A stretch of 64,000 nt of DNA from an uncultured Planctomycetota bacterium (GTDB lineage: Bacteria; Planctomycetota; Planctomycetia; Isosphaerales; Isosphaeraceae), in the NCBI GenBank assembly GCA_963823665.1, contig CAWGMQ010000005.1:768001-832000 (forward strand), written 5' to 3'. Below, piece after piece: positions 61,954-64,000 of the stretch. Positions within the stretch are counted from its first letter, which is position 1. The number at the start of each line of letters is the position of its first letter. The position numbers were made by a program, and so were the translations under genes. Under the pieces are notes generated by a model. The model had not been told where the DNA came from. It did no database searches and was given only the letters and a program-made list of their open reading frames with translations.

Positions 61954-64000
61954 ATGAAACGCGATCGAATCGAGAAGCTGATCTATAGCGGCCGTAGCGC
62001 TCAGCGCTTCACCCAGGACACGCCGATCCTACCCGATGTCTGGATCGAATATGCTGTCCACCCCGGCGCCGCCAAGCGCTTGCTGCTGACTCCGTGGCAG
62101 GGGCCCGGGCTCTTCCATACCACACCTGGGCTGCTCAGCGTCGTGGTGCGGCAGCGACTGGAGGCCGAGCGCTGCCCAGCGGCGGTCCGGCCAAACGAAA
62201 ACGATCGAAGTCAGCCTCCGAGCCGATTTCTGGCCCTCCCCCCGTGCAAGTCGCCTACAATAATTCGACCGTTCTCGTCGAAATGAGCTTTACCGAGCTC
62301 ATCCGTGTGGTGCTGCCGCTCTCCGATTGGTGGCGCGTGCGGATCGCCGAACCGGGCTACGACCGCCTCTTGAAGAAGCTTCGCCTGGCGCAAGACGATG
62401 AGAAGTTCCTCGCCAGCCTGGACGAACCCGGCGTCTTGGGATCACGGCCCAAGAGTTCACAGCATGCGCCGAAGAAGTCCGGCGAAACCACGAGCGACCC
62501 GGATCAGATCGACATCTATCAACTCCCCCCCGCCTTGCTCTGGATGATCCGAATCATCGGCTCGATCGCTCTGGCTGACCGTGCCGCGAGGAGCAACAAA
62601 ACGCTGCCGGAGGACTGGCCGCCGCAGCGCGAGAATGGCACCGAGCCGACGGAGCCGTTGCGAAAACAGATTCGCAATCACCTTCGCAAAGTGATCGGCG
62701 CCGTCGCCGACCTCCTCGAGAATATCGATACTCAGCCAGCAAGCGTCCCCGCCGACAAGGACGACCCGACCGAATCACCGCCGGTCGTTCGAGTCTATTC
62801 GGTGAGCCTCAACCGGAAGGCTGCGACAACGTTGCACGATTCGCGAATGGCGGTCAAGGCCGATGCCGCTGTTCAGTTATTCAGCATCTCATGTAAGGAG
62901 CTCTCCTGGGCCGTCGTCGACAGCGGCATCGACGCCCGTCACCCCGCGTTCCGCATTCGCGCAAACGATAAGCCCGCGCCCGCACCGTTCGCCGGGGGAA
63001 AGAACTGGACTCGCATCACCGCGACCTACGATTTCACTGTGATTCAGTACCTCTTGAGCGCCGACGCGGCGGCCGATGAGACTCTCAGCAAGGACCTCCG
63101 CAGCCGCCTCGACCTGATTCAGCGGCGAGTCGCTGCGGGCCGGGGTCCGAAGAAAAGCAAGGCTGATGAAATCTTCGTCGAGCAGTACGACAGGCTGCAA
63201 CGGAGCTTGCTCAAGGGACGGGCAATCGACTGGGCACTGCTGCTGCCATTCATCACCGTCCCGCAAGTCGATATCGACACCTATCGACCACCTACGAACG
63301 AACACGGGACGCACGTTGCGGGAATCATCGGGGCCGACTGGCGGGCTGACGACCCTGAGGCGCCACCGGATGGCGACGTGGTTGGTATCGCGCGCGATAT
63401 CAATCTTTACGACATCCGCGTGCTGGACGACCAAGGCCATGGCGATGAGTTCAATGTGATCGCCGCGCTTCAGTTTCTTCGCTATCTGAAGTCACAGAAG
63501 GACTTCATGGCCTTCCACGGCGTGAATATCAGCCTCTCGATCCGCCACGATGTCGCCAACTACGCCTGCGGCTGCACGCCGGTGTGTGACGAGTGTGGGC
63601 GGCTGGTCGGCAACGGCATCGTGGTGGTCGCGGCCGCCGGCAACGACGGCTACAAACAAATCCTTCTCGCCAAGGGAGGCACCCTCGATAGTTTCCACAG
63701 CATCAGCATCACCGATCCGGGCAATGCCGAAAGCGTGATCACCGTCGGGTCGACTCACAGGCAAATGCCGCACACCTATGGCGTGAGCTATTTCTCCAGC
63801 AGGGGGCCCACCGGCGACGGGCGCGCAAAACCCGACCTCGTCGCTCCTGGCGAAAAGATCACGGCCACGGCGCCCGACGGCGCCGTTCTGACCTTGGACG
63901 GCACGAGCATGGCAGCCCCTCACGTCAGCGGCGCAGCGGCGCTTTTGATCGCCCGCCACCGTGAGCTGTCCGGGCAGCCGGCCCGGATCAAGAGTGTGCT
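61954..64000 (+). CDS. S8 subtilisin-like peptidase with long N-terminal region (frameshift near 62200-62240; runs off the window)
   Basis: Read directly from the sequence: VVDSGID (~62913), HGTHVAGII (~63303), AAGN and GTSMAAPHVSG (~63900). N-terminus RFTQDTPILPDVW. Confidence 0.88.

Noticed and set aside
7534..62240. Frameshifts in tauD-like, FHA, tig, pxpB, pxpA, bchE-like, C69, CAP, DUF1080 and S8 genes as programmed recoding or mass pseudogenisation
   Set aside because: They are scattered single indels with no accompanying nonsense decay and no shared slippery motif, and they affect housekeeping genes. Sequencing error is the simpler explanation; read polishing would decide.

Overview
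GC-rich bacterial window. Its gene content points to a planctomycete (inference): LE[DP]R-[TC][LV]LS extracellular leaders, DUF1570, a planctomycete-type cytochrome c protein and tandem clpP genes. Many ordinary genes (tig, pxpA, pxpB, a tauD-like gene, FHA, C69, DUF1080) are split by single indels, most likely assembly errors. The window reads: bat operon end, a large Ig-repeat surface protein, tRNA-Pro, kinase/csrA/P-II, tRNA-Gly-tig-clpP-clpP, fabI and pxpBAC. A decayed defence island follows at about 28.5-45.5 kb, then metabolic genes, mntR, a four-gene tRNA array and an S8 protease. Three observations stand out. (1) In the island, the core genes of a helicase/DUF1156/DUF499 restriction-like operon survive only as fragments in their original order. 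Diverged duplicate 3' tips of these genes each precede a different two-gene accessory module, resembling a stacked cassette array. (2) The tRNA array (Arg-CCG, Arg-UCG, Arg-GCG, Cys-GCA) has G8/G14 in place of the near-universal U8/A14 in all four genes. (3) A dispersed intergenic element of about 150 bp occurs twice, with a compensatory base-pair change. Family names come from motif recognition by eye; no database search was run.
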